Source of the DNA: Anaerovoracaceae bacterium
GTDB taxonomy: Bacteria > Bacillota > Clostridia > Peptostreptococcales > Anaerovoracaceae
Direction of reading: 5' to 3'
Assembly (NCBI GenBank): GCA_040766105.1
Contig: JAXGRD010000005.1
Location: 138,178-202,177 of the forward strand
Length of the DNA stretch: 64,000 bases
In this document: piece by piece, positions 16,408 through 26,205 of the stretch
Layout: every line of letters begins with the position of its first letter
How positions within the stretch are numbered: position 1 is the first letter of the stretch
Notes under the pieces: generated by a model
The model's database searches: none
Told to the model about the DNA's origin: nothing
Seen by the model: only the letters and a program-made list of their open reading frames with translations
Translations under genes and position numbers: made by a program

Positions 16408-18885
16408 ATGGTAAGAATCGAAAACGTAAACAAATATTTTAACAGAAAAAAGAAGAATGAGATCCATGTCATCAACAACACCTCTCTCGCCTTTGAAGAA
16501 AAGGGAATGATTGCTCTTCTCGGTCCGTCGGGATGCGGAAAGACCACGCTTCTCAATGTCATCGGCGGCTTGGATAAGGTAAACAAGGGCAGCATCTTCA
16601 TCAACGGACAGCGGATTACGGGAAGAAGGTCCGGAAAGATCGATGAAATCCGAAACTTAAATATCGGCTACATCTTTCAGAACTACAACCTGATCGACCA
16701 CATGACGGTCAGAGACAACGTTGCCATGGTTCTGGAGATGATCGGCATCAAGGATAAGGAAGAAATCCAAGAAAAGGTGGATTACGCCTTGGAATTGGTG
16801 GGCATGTACCGCTACCGAAATCGATATGCCGACATGCTTTCCGGAGGGGAACGGCAGAGGGTTGGAATTGCGAGAGCCATAGTAAAGAATCCATCCATCA
16901 TCATTGCCGATGAGCCCACCGGAAATCTGGACAGCGCCAACACCTTGGAAATCATGAATATCATCAAGACCATCTCACGAAAGAAGCTGGTGATCTTGGT
17001 GACCCATGAGGAAAAGTTGGCTAATTTCTATGCGGGGAGGATTATCCGCCTGCAGGACGGCAGAGTAGTTTCCGATGAAGAAAATTATCACAGTGACAAT
17101 TTGGACTATCGACTGGAAAACAAGATATACCTGAAGGATATGGAAAGTCATGATACTTTTTCTCAGGAGGGACATCGAATCGATATCTACCGGGACAAGG
17201 ATGAAAAGGTGGACATTGATGTGGTCATCAAGGACGGCAACATCTATTTACAGTCCAAAGATCCCACAGCCAGAATGGAAATCGTGGATGACCATTCCAG
17301 CATTCAGTTGGTTGACGACCACTATAGGGAGTTGACCCGGGAAGAGTACGAACAATATCAGCTGGATGAAGCCAAGCTGACGGCAAAAGGAAGAATCAAA
17401 CATTCTTCCATCTTCAATCCGGTGACCATGATTACCGGTGGCTTTCGAAAGGTGTTTGATTATCACATTTTGAAAAAGATTCTGCTGGTGGGCTTCTTCG
17501 TATCCGCCATGTTCATCATGTATGCTTTGAGCAGTATCGGCGGTGCTTTGAATATGCCCGACTCCAAGTTCGTATCCATTAACAAGGACTACCTGCAGAT
17601 TCAAGGGAAGAACACCAAGGTGGAGGACTATTTGGCCTATGAAAAGGACCCTTCCGTGGACTATCTTCTCCCGGGAGACTCCAAGGTGAACTTCCAAATC
17701 AAGTTTGACAGATACGTACAGACCTATCGCGTAGAGGCGCCGTTGGCCGGCTCCCTTTCCGCTGTGGACACCATCTCCAAGAAGGACTTGATTGCCGGGA
17801 AGATGCCCACCTCCGGAAGAGAAATCGTAATTGACGAGCTGACATTAAACGAGCTACAGGAGCAGGGTGTAATCAAACAGGCGGGCATATTGTCGGGCAA
17901 AGATCTCATCGGCTTTCAGGTGACTATTCCCAACATGCCGGCGTTCACCATAACCGGCGTAACGGATCAACAGGCGCCAAACATCTATGTGGACAGAGAT
18001 ATGATGATGAATATCATCGCCAACAGCAGTCCGGGAGAAGGTGGTGAAATGCCCATGGGTCCCGGTGTGACTGTGGAAGATGTAGGTACGGAAGAGGGTG
18101 CCCCCGGGCAGGGCGGCGGACAGATTTTGGACGTGGCTCTGATGAAGGATGAAATCAAGGTGGAAAGAGGTCGCCTTCCCGAAAAAGACTATGAGGTGAT
18201 GGTCAACAAAAAGAACGAGGAATCCATGCCTCTCAACAAGGAAATCTCGGAGCGAGTCAATAATAAAAAGCTGAAGGTGGTTGGCTACTATTCCGTCAAG
18301 GAGGACAAGGATGTAAGACTGGTCACGGCCAACACGGTTAAAATCAATGCTATTGCCACCAAGGCCAACATTACCGTCTATCCCAAGGATAAGGAAGATG
18401 CGCTGCAAGCCTTCCGAGACAAGGGATTGAACATTCAGGACACCTACGAAAAGAGTAAGACCCAGTATCGAGCAGGCAGATTGGATGCCATCAAGGCTTC
18501 CGTCATCTTGGCCGCGGTCATTATGCTCATTTCCTTCATCGAAATTTACCTCATGATGAGGGCGTCCTTCCTCTCTCGCGTAAAGGAGGTAGGGGTGCTC
18601 CGTGCCATTGGCGTGAAGAAGTCGGATATCTACAAGATGTTCGTGGGAGAGGTGGTTGCCATCACTACCCTGGCATCCGTGCCGGGCTACCTGTTCATGA
18701 CCTACATTGTCTACAAGCTATCGGACATGATGTTCTTCAAGGAAATCTTGTTCTTTAGTCCACAGATCGTGGTCATAGGCCTGGTCCTCCTCTTCGCTTT
18801 CAATCTGGTTTTCGGACTGCTTCCGGTGTTTACCACACTGCGTAAGACCCCGGCGGCCATATTGGCAAGGACGGATGTGAACTGA
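16408..18885 (+). CDS. second MacB-like ABC ATPase-FtsX fusion protein
   Basis: GPSGCGKTT, LSGGERQR and IIADEPT motifs. Long extracytoplasmic region with a Gly/Glu/Pro-rich stretch. C-terminal FtsX-like TM bundle. Confidence 0.8.
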   Translation: MVRIENVNKYFNRKKKNEIHVINNTSLAFEEKGMIALLGPSGCGKTTLLNVIGGLDKVNKGSIFINGQRITGRRSGKIDEIRNLNIGYIFQNYNLIDHMTVRDNVAMVLEMIGIKDKEEIQEKVDYALELVGMYRYRNRYADMLSGGERQRVGIARAIVKNPSIIIADEPTGNLDSANTLEIMNIIKTISRKKLVILVTHEEKLANFYAGRIIRLQDGRVVSDEENYHSDNLDYRLENKIYLKDMESHDTFSQEGHRIDIYRDKDEKVDIDVVIKDGNIYLQSKDPTARMEIVDDHSSIQLVDDHYRELTREEYEQYQLDEAKLTAKGRIKHSSIFNPVTMITGGFRKVFDYHILKKILLVGFFVSAMFIMYALSSIGGALNMPDSKFVSINKDYLQIQGKNTKVEDYLAYEKDPSVDYLLPGDSKVNFQIKFDRYVQTYRVEAPLAGSLSAVDTISKKDLIAGKMPTSGREIVIDELTLNELQEQGVIKQAGILSGKDLIGFQVTIPNMPAFTITGVTDQQAPNIYVDRDMMMNIIANSSPGEGGEMPMGPGVTVEDVGTEEGAPGQGGGQILDVALMKDEIKVERGRLPEKDYEVMVNKKNEESMPLNKEISERVNNKKLKVVGYYSVKEDKDVRLVTANTVKINAIATKANITVYPKDKEDALQAFRDKGLNIQDTYEKSKTQYRAGRLDAIKASVILAAVIMLISFIEIYLMMRASFLSRVKEVGVLRAIGVKKSDIYKMFVGEVVAITTLASVPGYLFMTYIVYKLSDMMFFKEILFFSPQIVVIGLVLLFAFNLVFGLLPVFTTLRKTPAAILARTDVN

Positions 18886-18895
18886 CAAGGAAGTC

Positions 18896-18924
18896 TTGAC
18901 ATCGACCGCAAAAATCAATAGAAT
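18896..18924 (+). promoter_or_regulatory. sigma-A promoter (TTGACA-17 nt-TAGAAT) of the valS leader
   Basis: Consensus -35, 17-nt spacer and near-consensus -10, all read directly. Confidence 0.65.
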
Positions 18925-18930
18925 AGCGGG

Positions 18931-19147
18931 GTACAGTTGAATAGGAAACGATGAAAAAGAGGAGTAGCAGAAGTGCCCCCGACAGAGAAGGAAGCCCGTG
19001 GCTGAAAGGTTTCCAGGATTGGTACCCTGTGAAGGTTGCTTTGGAGTTTCCACCCCAAGCAGGAGCGTCACACCCAAGGGTGTGGAACAAAGGTGGTACC
19101 GCGGACAGTGAATACAAAGTTCGTCCTTTATGGGGCGAACTTTTTTT
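18931..19147 (+). promoter_or_regulatory. T-box leader (tRNA-sensing riboswitch) controlling valS
   Basis: AGAGA bulge-like motif and GGCTGAAAGG distal-loop-like motif. Conserved T-box sequence AACAAAGGTGGTACCGCG at 19087-19103. Terminator AAGTTCGTCC-tttat-GGGGCGAACTT plus T7 at 19117-19147. The specifier codon is not confidently placed (candidate GTG-A at 19029-19032). Confidence 0.85.
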
Positions 19148-19157
19148 GGAGGAAGAA

Positions 19158-21845
19158 ATGGAAAAAAACTTAGCGAAGACATACGATCCCAAGGATTTTG
19201 AGGATCGAATTTACACCAAGTGGGAAGAGGCCGGCGCCTTCCGTGCGGAGCGGGATCCGGATAAAAAGCCCTACACCATTGTGATGCCGCCGCCAAATAT
19301 TACCGGTCAGCTTCACATGGGCCACGCCTTGGACCAGACCTTACAGGACGTGCTCACCAGATGGAAGCGACTGGAGGGTTTCAGTGCGCTGTGGCTCCCC
19401 GGCTCCGATCACGCCAGCATCGCTACGGAAGTAAAGGTAGTGGAAAAGTTGCGAGAAGATGAGGGCAAGGAGAAGGAGGACATTGGCAGGAAAGAATTCC
19501 TCAAGCGTGCTTGGGAATGGAAGAGAATATATGGTGGGAAGATTACCCAACAGTGCAGAAAGTTGGGAGACTCCTGCGACTGGGAGAGAGAGCGGTTTAC
19601 CATGGACGAGGGCTGCAACAAGGCTGTGGTTACCATGTTTATTCGACTCTATGAGAAAGGCCTCATCTACAGGGGCAATCGCCTGATCAACTGGTGTCCC
19701 GACTGTGGTACATCCCTATCCGATGCGGAGGTGGAACACGAGGACAAGCAGGGCAAGTACTGGTACTTCAGGTACCCGGCAGCGGACGGTGGCGAGGGAA
19801 TTGTGGTTGCCACATCCAGACCGGAGACCATGTTCGGAGACGTGGCCATTGCCGTGAATCCGGAAGATCCCAGATACGAAGATAGGATTGGAAGCTATGT
19901 GGTGCTGCCTTTGACGGGAAGAGAAATCCCCATCATCGCCGACCCCTATCCGGACCCGGACAAGGGAACGGGAGCGGTGAAGATTACCCCTGCCCACGAT
20001 CCCAACGATTTTGAAGTGGGACAGAGGCACAACTTGGACAGCCCTACCTGCATCAACTTGGACGGAACCATGAATGAATTGGCAGGAAAGTATGAAGGCA
20101 TGGATCGATTTGCCTGTCGAAAGGCATGGGTCGCCGACTTAGAAGCGGCAGGATATTTGGAGAAAACCGAAGACGTGGTCATTCCCATTGGCGGATGCTA
20201 TCGTTGCGATACCGTTGTGGAGCCCATGCTCAGCGAGCAGTGGTTCGTCTCCATGGAGGAACTGGCAAAGCCGGCACTGGAAGTTGCAAGAAACGGAAAG
20301 TTGACCCACGTACCCGAGCGCTTTACAAAGATATATACCCACTGGCTGGAGAACATTCGAGACTGGTGCATCTCCCGTCAGCTTTGGTGGGGACATCGAA
20401 TCCCCGCTTACTATTGTGACGATTGCGGAGAACTGATGGTGCAAGCAGAGGCGCCCACCGCCTGCTCCAAGTGCAGCAGCGGTAAGATTCGCCAGGACGA
20501 AGATGTTTTGGACACCTGGTTCTCTTCTGCCCTATGGCCCTTCTCCACATTGGGATGGCCGGAAGAAACGGAGGACATGAAGTACTTCTATCCTACGGAT
20601 GTATTGGTCACCGGCTATGACATCATCTTCTTTTGGGTGGTGCGCATGGTCTTTTCTGCCTTGGAAATGACGGGAGAATCTCCCTTCCATCACGTGTATA
20701 TTCACGGCTTGGTATTGGATTCCCAGGGAAGAAAGATGAGCAAATCCCTGGGCAACGGCATTGACCCCTTGGAAATCATCGACGCCTACGGAGCAGACGC
20801 ACTGCGCTTCATGTTGACCACGGGAATCACTCCGGGAAACGACATGCGATTCAGCGAGGACAAGATAGAATCTTCTCGGAACTTCGCCAATAAGCTGTGG
20901 AATGCTTCCCGGTTCGTCATTATGAACCTGCAGGATGAAGAGGGGAACTTTAAGAAATTGGCCGACTTGGAGGGTGCAGCCCTTCAGGATGAAGACAAGT
21001 GGATATTGTCCAGGGTCAACGACGCCACCGGATATATGACCAATGCCATGGAGAAATACGACCTGGCACTTGCCGGTCAGCGAGCATACGATTTGATTTG
21101 GAACGAATACTGTGATTGGTATATTGAAATCGTCAAGGGAAGACTCTACGGAGAAGACGAGGAAGACAAGAAGGTGGCAAGACGGATATTGGTTGACGTC
21201 CTTAAGGACATGCTTCGTCTCCTTCACCCCTTCATGCCTTTCATCACAGAAGAGATTTGGAGTTTCTTGCCCCAAGGAGAAGCGGATCCCAAAAACGCGG
21301 AGAACTTCCTCATTAAGGACAAGTGGCCGGTGTACAAGGAAGAATTGAACTACGAAAGAGAAGCGGCTCATCTGGAGATGGCAAAAGAGGTTATTCGAGC
21401 CATTCGTAACATTCGCGCTGAGGTAGAAGCACCGCCCAGCAAGGCCTTGACAGCCGTTATTGTGGCAACGGGAGAGGCTGCAGAGTCCTGTTTGGCTGCA
21501 GAACGATACATTAAAAAGTTGGCCAATGTAACGGAGCTAAGGGTAACCCAAAAGGGAGATGATCTTCCCCAGGAAGTCATGTCAGCCGTCATATCCGGTG
21601 CGGAAATTTTCATTCCTCTGGATGATTTGCTGGACTACGGTGCGGAACTGGAAAGACTGAAGAAGGAACACAAGAAGCTGACGGGAGAAGTGCAGCGATC
21701 GGAAAAGATGCTGTCCAATCCCGGGTTTGTAAACAAGGCACCGGAAGCAAAGATCAAGGAAGAAGAGGAAAAACTGGAGAACTACAGGGAAATGCTATCC
21801 AAGGTAGTGGATAGGATGACCATGGTGGAGAATAAACTGAAATGA
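19158..21845 (+). CDS. valS: valine-tRNA ligase
   Basis: PPPNITGQLHMGHA (HIGH) and KMSKSLGN (KMSKS) motifs with a coiled-coil C-terminus. The start is the ATG at 19158, after the T-box terminator. The track ORF from 18951 reads through the leader. Confidence 0.95.
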   Translation: MEKNLAKTYDPKDFEDRIYTKWEEAGAFRAERDPDKKPYTIVMPPPNITGQLHMGHALDQTLQDVLTRWKRLEGFSALWLPGSDHASIATEVKVVEKLREDEGKEKEDIGRKEFLKRAWEWKRIYGGKITQQCRKLGDSCDWERERFTMDEGCNKAVVTMFIRLYEKGLIYRGNRLINWCPDCGTSLSDAEVEHEDKQGKYWYFRYPAADGGEGIVVATSRPETMFGDVAIAVNPEDPRYEDRIGSYVVLPLTGREIPIIADPYPDPDKGTGAVKITPAHDPNDFEVGQRHNLDSPTCINLDGTMNELAGKYEGMDRFACRKAWVADLEAAGYLEKTEDVVIPIGGCYRCDTVVEPMLSEQWFVSMEELAKPALEVARNGKLTHVPERFTKIYTHWLENIRDWCISRQLWWGHRIPAYYCDDCGELMVQAEAPTACSKCSSGKIRQDEDVLDTWFSSALWPFSTLGWPEETEDMKYFYPTDVLVTGYDIIFFWVVRMVFSALEMTGESPFHHVYIHGLVLDSQGRKMSKSLGNGIDPLEIIDAYGADALRFMLTTGITPGNDMRFSEDKIESSRNFANKLWNASRFVIMNLQDEEGNFKKLADLEGAALQDEDKWILSRVNDATGYMTNAMEKYDLALAGQRAYDLIWNEYCDWYIEIVKGRLYGEDEEDKKVARRILVDVLKDMLRLLHPFMPFITEEIWSFLPQGEADPKNAENFLIKDKWPVYKEELNYEREAAHLEMAKEVIRAIRNIRAEVEAPPSKALTAVIVATGEAAESCLAAERYIKKLANVTELRVTQKGDDLPQEVMSAVISGAEIFIPLDDLLDYGAELERLKKEHKKLTGEVQRSEKMLSNPGFVNKAPEAKIKEEEEKLENYREMLSKVVDRMTMVENKLK

Positions 21846-23152
21846 AGAGTGCCATAGAAAGAATTGCGGAATACCATCGCTTCGGAAGTGTTTTGGGTCT
21901 TGAAAGGATGGAGGAGATTCTAAAGAGATTGGGGAATCCGCATCTGGATCTGAAGGTGATTCACGTTGCGGGAACCAATGGAAAGGGGTCCGTGTGTAAG
22001 TACATATATGAATGTCTTCGAGGGGCAGGTTACAGCGTTGGCTTGTACAGCTCCCCCTATATTGAGCACTTTCGAGAGCGGATAGAGCTGGATGGGGATA
22101 TGATTTGCCCGGAGGATTTGGAAGTCAATACGGAACGAGTGATTGCGGCGGCCGAAGCTATGGTGGCGGAGGGGATGGAATCGCCCACGGAGTTTGAAAT
22201 CGTCACCGCAGTCGCCTTGCTTTACTTCTATGAAAAGGGACCGGACTTTGTCATCTTGGAAGTTGGCCTAGGGGGAAGAGGAGATTCCACCAATGTATGC
22301 CCCAAACCCCTCCTCACAGTGATTACCTCCATATCCTACGATCATATGGATCGCTTGGGAAACACCTTGGAGGAAATCGCCTGGGAAAAAGCGGGCATCA
22401 TCAAGGAAGGTGTTCCCTTGGTCATCAATGTGGAAGATATTTCCGCCGCCAAGGTCATTGCAAGAGAAGCCTATGCCAAGGGCTGTGTCCTATATGATGC
22501 CGGAAAGGTGAAACCCCTTCGGGGGATTCCCTCGGTGGAAGGGGAGATTTTTTCAGCGGAAATACAGGGAACATTCTTTGAAAATGTGAGATTGTCCATG
22601 GTGGGAGAACATCAGGTTTCCAACGGAGTAACCGCACTCACCGCTATTGAAATTCTGCGAAAAAATAGTATAATCAATATAACTGCGTTGCAGATTAGAG
22701 AGGGTATGGGTCGAGCGTTCCAAAAGGGGCGTTTTGAAGTATTTCACCGGAATCCCCCCATGGTTTTGGACGGTGCCCACAATCGGGATGGGATGGAAGC
22801 CTTGGTAAAGACCATGGACGACATTTTTTACCAAAAGAAGGTGTTGACTGTCATAGGCGTGCTGGGGGACAAGGATGTGGATGCCATGGTGGAAATGGCG
22901 GCTTTTCTGGGTGAAGACTTCATCGTTACGGAGCCGGGGAATGCCAGGAGGATGGACAGTTCTTTGCTGGCTGAAAAGCTTAGAGCCAAAGGAAAGACCT
23001 GCACGGTGATTCCCGATCAAAGGGAAGCCATCGCCCATGGCGTATTCTTGGCAGAAAAAGAAGAGCGGCCCTATGATGTGATATTATGTGTCGGTTCCCT
23101 GTATCTCATAGGCGAGCTGAGGAGGTGGATCAACAATGAACAAAGAGACTAG
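21842..23152 (+). CDS. folC: folylpolyglutamate synthase / dihydrofolate synthase
   Basis: HVAGTNGKGS P-loop, Mur-ligase architecture, 436 aa. The stop codon is TAG. Confidence 0.85.
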   Translation: MKSAIERIAEYHRFGSVLGLERMEEILKRLGNPHLDLKVIHVAGTNGKGSVCKYIYECLRGAGYSVGLYSSPYIEHFRERIELDGDMICPEDLEVNTERVIAAAEAMVAEGMESPTEFEIVTAVALLYFYEKGPDFVILEVGLGGRGDSTNVCPKPLLTVITSISYDHMDRLGNTLEEIAWEKAGIIKEGVPLVINVEDISAAKVIAREAYAKGCVLYDAGKVKPLRGIPSVEGEIFSAEIQGTFFENVRLSMVGEHQVSNGVTALTAIEILRKNSIINITALQIREGMGRAFQKGRFEVFHRNPPMVLDGAHNRDGMEALVKTMDDIFYQKKVLTVIGVLGDKDVDAMVEMAAFLGEDFIVTEPGNARRMDSSLLAEKLRAKGKTCTVIPDQREAIAHGVFLAEKEERPYDVILCVGSLYLIGELRRWINNEQRD

Positions 23153-24068
23153 AAAAAAAATTCTCATGCTGTACAATCCCTTTGCCGGAGACGGCTTGCT
23201 GAAAGATAAGTTGGATTTTATTATTGAAAGAATACAGAAGGAAGGCTATCAAGCCATCCCCGTTCGTGCCACCGATACGGATGTGGTTCGACAGGCACTG
23301 GGAGAAGTGGACTGCGAGAACTACCGTCAAATCATCATTGCCGGTGGAGATGGGACAATCAATGCATGTGTCAATGAAATGTTGACCTTGGGGCTGGATC
23401 TTCCCATTGCGATCTTTCCTACAGGGACTGCCAATGACTTTGCCTACTACTTTGATATGCCCAAGGAACTGGAGAAGATGCTGGACATTGCCCTGGGAGA
23501 ACATACCAAAGCTGTGGATGTAGGCGTCTGCAACGACTCCTACTTCATAAACGTGGCCGCCTTGGGGGCATTGGTGGATACCAGCCAAAAGACGGATCCA
23601 AACTTGAAAAACACACTGGGCGTGCTGTCCTACTACCTGAAGGGCGTTACGGAAATCGCAAACCTGAAACCCATGCCGGTAAAGCTCATCACCGAGGAAG
23701 AGACGTATGAGGAAAATATGTACTTTATGTTGGTGATGAACGGGAAATCTGCCGGCGGCTTTAAGAAGATTTCTCCCGATTCGGAAATCAACGATGGACT
23801 GTTGGATGTCATCCTCTTCCGAGAGATGCCCATGCGGGAATTGGGACCCTTGTTTGTCAGCGTCATACAGGGACAACATGCATCCCACAAAAACGTGCTG
23901 GTCTTTAAGACGAACAAGATGAGAATAGAATCCTCGGTGGACGTACCAACGGATATCGACGGTGAGGAAGGCGCAACCCTGCCCTTGGAGTTCTCGGTAT
24001 TGCACAAGAAGCTCTGTGTCTTCACAAAGGAGAAAGAAGTTGAAAAATATACGTATTCAGGAAACTAA
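23136..24068 (+). CDS. diacylglycerol-kinase-family lipid kinase (YegS/BmrU-like)
   Basis: IIIAGGDGTIN motif. 310 aa. Confidence 0.75.
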   Translation: MNKETRKKILMLYNPFAGDGLLKDKLDFIIERIQKEGYQAIPVRATDTDVVRQALGEVDCENYRQIIIAGGDGTINACVNEMLTLGLDLPIAIFPTGTANDFAYYFDMPKELEKMLDIALGEHTKAVDVGVCNDSYFINVAALGALVDTSQKTDPNLKNTLGVLSYYLKGVTEIANLKPMPVKLITEEETYEENMYFMLVMNGKSAGGFKKISPDSEINDGLLDVILFREMPMRELGPLFVSVIQGQHASHKNVLVFKTNKMRIESSVDVPTDIDGEEGATLPLEFSVLHKKLCVFTKEKEVEKYTYSGN

Positions 24069-24504
24069 GGAATATGAAAGATTGATTAAGCTCTTCATGG
24101 ATAACGATTTGGAGTTTTCCGACGAAGAGCCGGTTCCTACGGACTTGGTCAAGTGCTGGAAGGTGATGGATGATGAATCCGACCGCTTGGCCGGTGGCAT
24201 TGCTCTTGCCATGCGCCAGGGAGAGTACATCATCGACGGCATTGCCGTGGAGGAAGAATATAGAAAGTACAATGTGGGTAAGGCATTGTTGCAAGCTGCC
24301 ATAGATGAGGTGAAAAGCAGAGACGGGAACAAGATTTTTCTTGTTGCCAGAGCGCCCGGCTTTTTCCGAAAATCCGGCTTTGTAACCGTGGAAAAGGCGG
24401 ATGCGCCCAACTTCTTTGAATGCCTCACTTGTCCCCAATATGGGGTCAACTGTTTCCCCGAAGTAATGGTACTTCACATGGACGGACAGGAGGATGGAAA
24501 ATGA
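24040..24504 (+). CDS. GNAT-family N-acetyltransferase
   Basis: Acetyl-CoA-binding-like IAVEEEYRKYNVGKALL motif. The start is tentatively the TTG at 24040, behind AAGGAG. The alternative is the ATG at 24097. Confidence 0.55.
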   Translation: MKNIRIQETKEYERLIKLFMDNDLEFSDEEPVPTDLVKCWKVMDDESDRLAGGIALAMRQGEYIIDGIAVEEEYRKYNVGKALLQAAIDEVKSRDGNKIFLVARAPGFFRKSGFVTVEKADAPNFFECLTCPQYGVNCFPEVMVLHMDGQEDGK

Positions 24505-25523
24505 GAGTCATACTGGATGGCATGGGCGGAGATCATGCGCCGGAAGAAACAGTCAAAGGTGCGGTGGAAGCATCCAAACTAGTAGATGCAGAAATCTGCA
24601 TCGTGGGAATCGAGCACCTGATCAATGCCGAATTGGCAAAATACAATTACGATGAAGACAAAATCACCGTCGTTCATGCGGAGCAGGTGATTGCCAATGA
24701 AGACGCCCCGGTAAAGGCGGTACGGACGAAGAAGGATTCCTCCATGGTAAAAGGGCTGAATATGGTCCGAAATTGTGAGGGTGATATTTTCATTTCCGCT
24801 GGTAATACGGGAGCACTGTTAGCAGGCGGTCTGTTTATCTTGGGAAGAATCCAAGGAATTGACCGACCCACCTTGGCCAGCATATATCCAAGCCTCAACG
24901 GCGGACAACCCAGTCTCTTGGTAGATGCCGGTGCAAACAGCGAGTGCAAGCCGGATAACCTGTTGGAGTTTGGCATTATGGGCAGCATCTACATGGAGAA
25001 GGTCCTCAATCGCCAGAATCCCAGAGTCGGTCTGGTGAACTTGGGTGTGGAAGAAAACAAGGGATCCACCTTGACCAGGGCGGCCTATGAACTCCTTGAA
25101 AAAAGCCATGTGAACTTCATTGGAAACGTGGAGGCCAGAGAACTTCCCAACAGCGCTTGCGATGTAATTGTCTGCGACGGCTTTGTGGGCAATGTTATCT
25201 TGAAGTTGACGGAAGGCCTTGCCTGGAGCATGTTGAAACTGCTGAAGAAAAAGTTTACCGATGGAGTGAAGGCAACGGTAGGAGCCCTCTTCCTCAAGAG
25301 TAAGATGATGGAGATGAAGAAGGAGTTTGATTACTCCGAATACGGGGGCGCTCCAATCTTAGGCGTTAAAGGACCCATCGTCAAGATGCATGGTTCTTCC
25401 AAGTCCAATGCAGTGAAGAACACCATCATCAAGGGCATTCCCTATGCTCAAGGAAATGTAGTAGAGATTATTCAGAACTCCGTTCTGGATATAGAGGAGA
25501 TCATAATCAGTGAAGATGAATGA
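24501..25523 (+). CDS. plsX: phosphate acyltransferase PlsX
   Basis: MRVILDGMGGDHAP start. 340 aa. The ATG at 24501 overlaps the GNAT stop. Confidence 0.9.
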   Translation: MRVILDGMGGDHAPEETVKGAVEASKLVDAEICIVGIEHLINAELAKYNYDEDKITVVHAEQVIANEDAPVKAVRTKKDSSMVKGLNMVRNCEGDIFISAGNTGALLAGGLFILGRIQGIDRPTLASIYPSLNGGQPSLLVDAGANSECKPDNLLEFGIMGSIYMEKVLNRQNPRVGLVNLGVEENKGSTLTRAAYELLEKSHVNFIGNVEARELPNSACDVIVCDGFVGNVILKLTEGLAWSMLKLLKKKFTDGVKATVGALFLKSKMMEMKKEFDYSEYGGAPILGVKGPIVKMHGSSKSNAVKNTIIKGIPYAQGNVVEIIQNSVLDIEEIIISEDE

Positions 25524-26205
25524 CCTGCAGACAAAAATAGGATACTCCTTTCGGGAGGAAGGGTATCTGGCGCAGGCCATGACCCACAGTTCTCACATTA
25601 GAGAAAAGGGACTGTCCCCCAATGAGAGCAATGAACGGCTGGAATTTTTGGGGGATGCTTTTTTGGATGCCATTGTGGGGGAAGAACTGTATCGACGCAT
25701 GCCGAAGGCAACGGAAGGGGTGCTCTCCAAGGCGCGCGCCCATGTGGTCTGTGAAGAGTCCCTGACGGACTTGGGGAAAACCTTGGGACTGGGCGCTTTT
25801 CTGGAACTGGGAAAGGGAGAAGAACAGACCGGGGGAAGGGAACGAGAATCCATTCTCGCCGATGCTGTGGAGGCCACCATTGGCAGCATATATTTGGACG
25901 GAGGCTATGAAGAGGCTAAGACCTTTGTTCTCCGATGGCTCGCTCCCAGAATTGAGGAGGCAGTGGCAGGAAAAATTCGAAATGATTATAAGTCCATGTT
26001 ACAGGAGCTGATGCAGCGGGATGGCTCGGTAGATATTCGGTATATCTTGGATGGGGAAGAAGGTCCGGATCACAACAAGACCTTTTTCGTTACCGCCTCG
26101 GTGGATGGTGTTCCCAAGGGTCGAGGACAGGGAAAGAGCAAGAAGGATGCGGAGCAGCAGGCCGCAAAGGAAGCGGTAATGCGAGGGAAAAAGGATGTAC
26201 TTTAA
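25516..26205 (+). CDS. rnc: ribonuclease III
   Basis: NERLEFLGDAFLD signature plus a C-terminal dsRBD (GKSKKDAEQQAAKEA). The ATG at 25516 is preferred to the GTG at 25510. Confidence 0.9.
   Translation: MNDLQTKIGYSFREEGYLAQAMTHSSHIREKGLSPNESNERLEFLGDAFLDAIVGEELYRRMPKATEGVLSKARAHVVCEESLTDLGKTLGLGAFLELGKGEEQTGGRERESILADAVEATIGSIYLDGGYEEAKTFVLRWLAPRIEEAVAGKIRNDYKSMLQELMQRDGSVDIRYILDGEEGPDHNKTFFVTASVDGVPKGRGQGKSKKDAEQQAAKEAVMRGKKDVL

Noticed and set aside
18951-19157. N-terminal extension of the valS ORF (MKKRSSRSAPDREG...).
   Set aside because: This stretch is the T-box leader and contains the T-box motif and terminator. The real start is the ATG at 19158. The same logic trims the track ORFs at 2109, 7128, 9527, 14047, 24420, 31906, 36927, 40366, 45221, 48511 and 54693.
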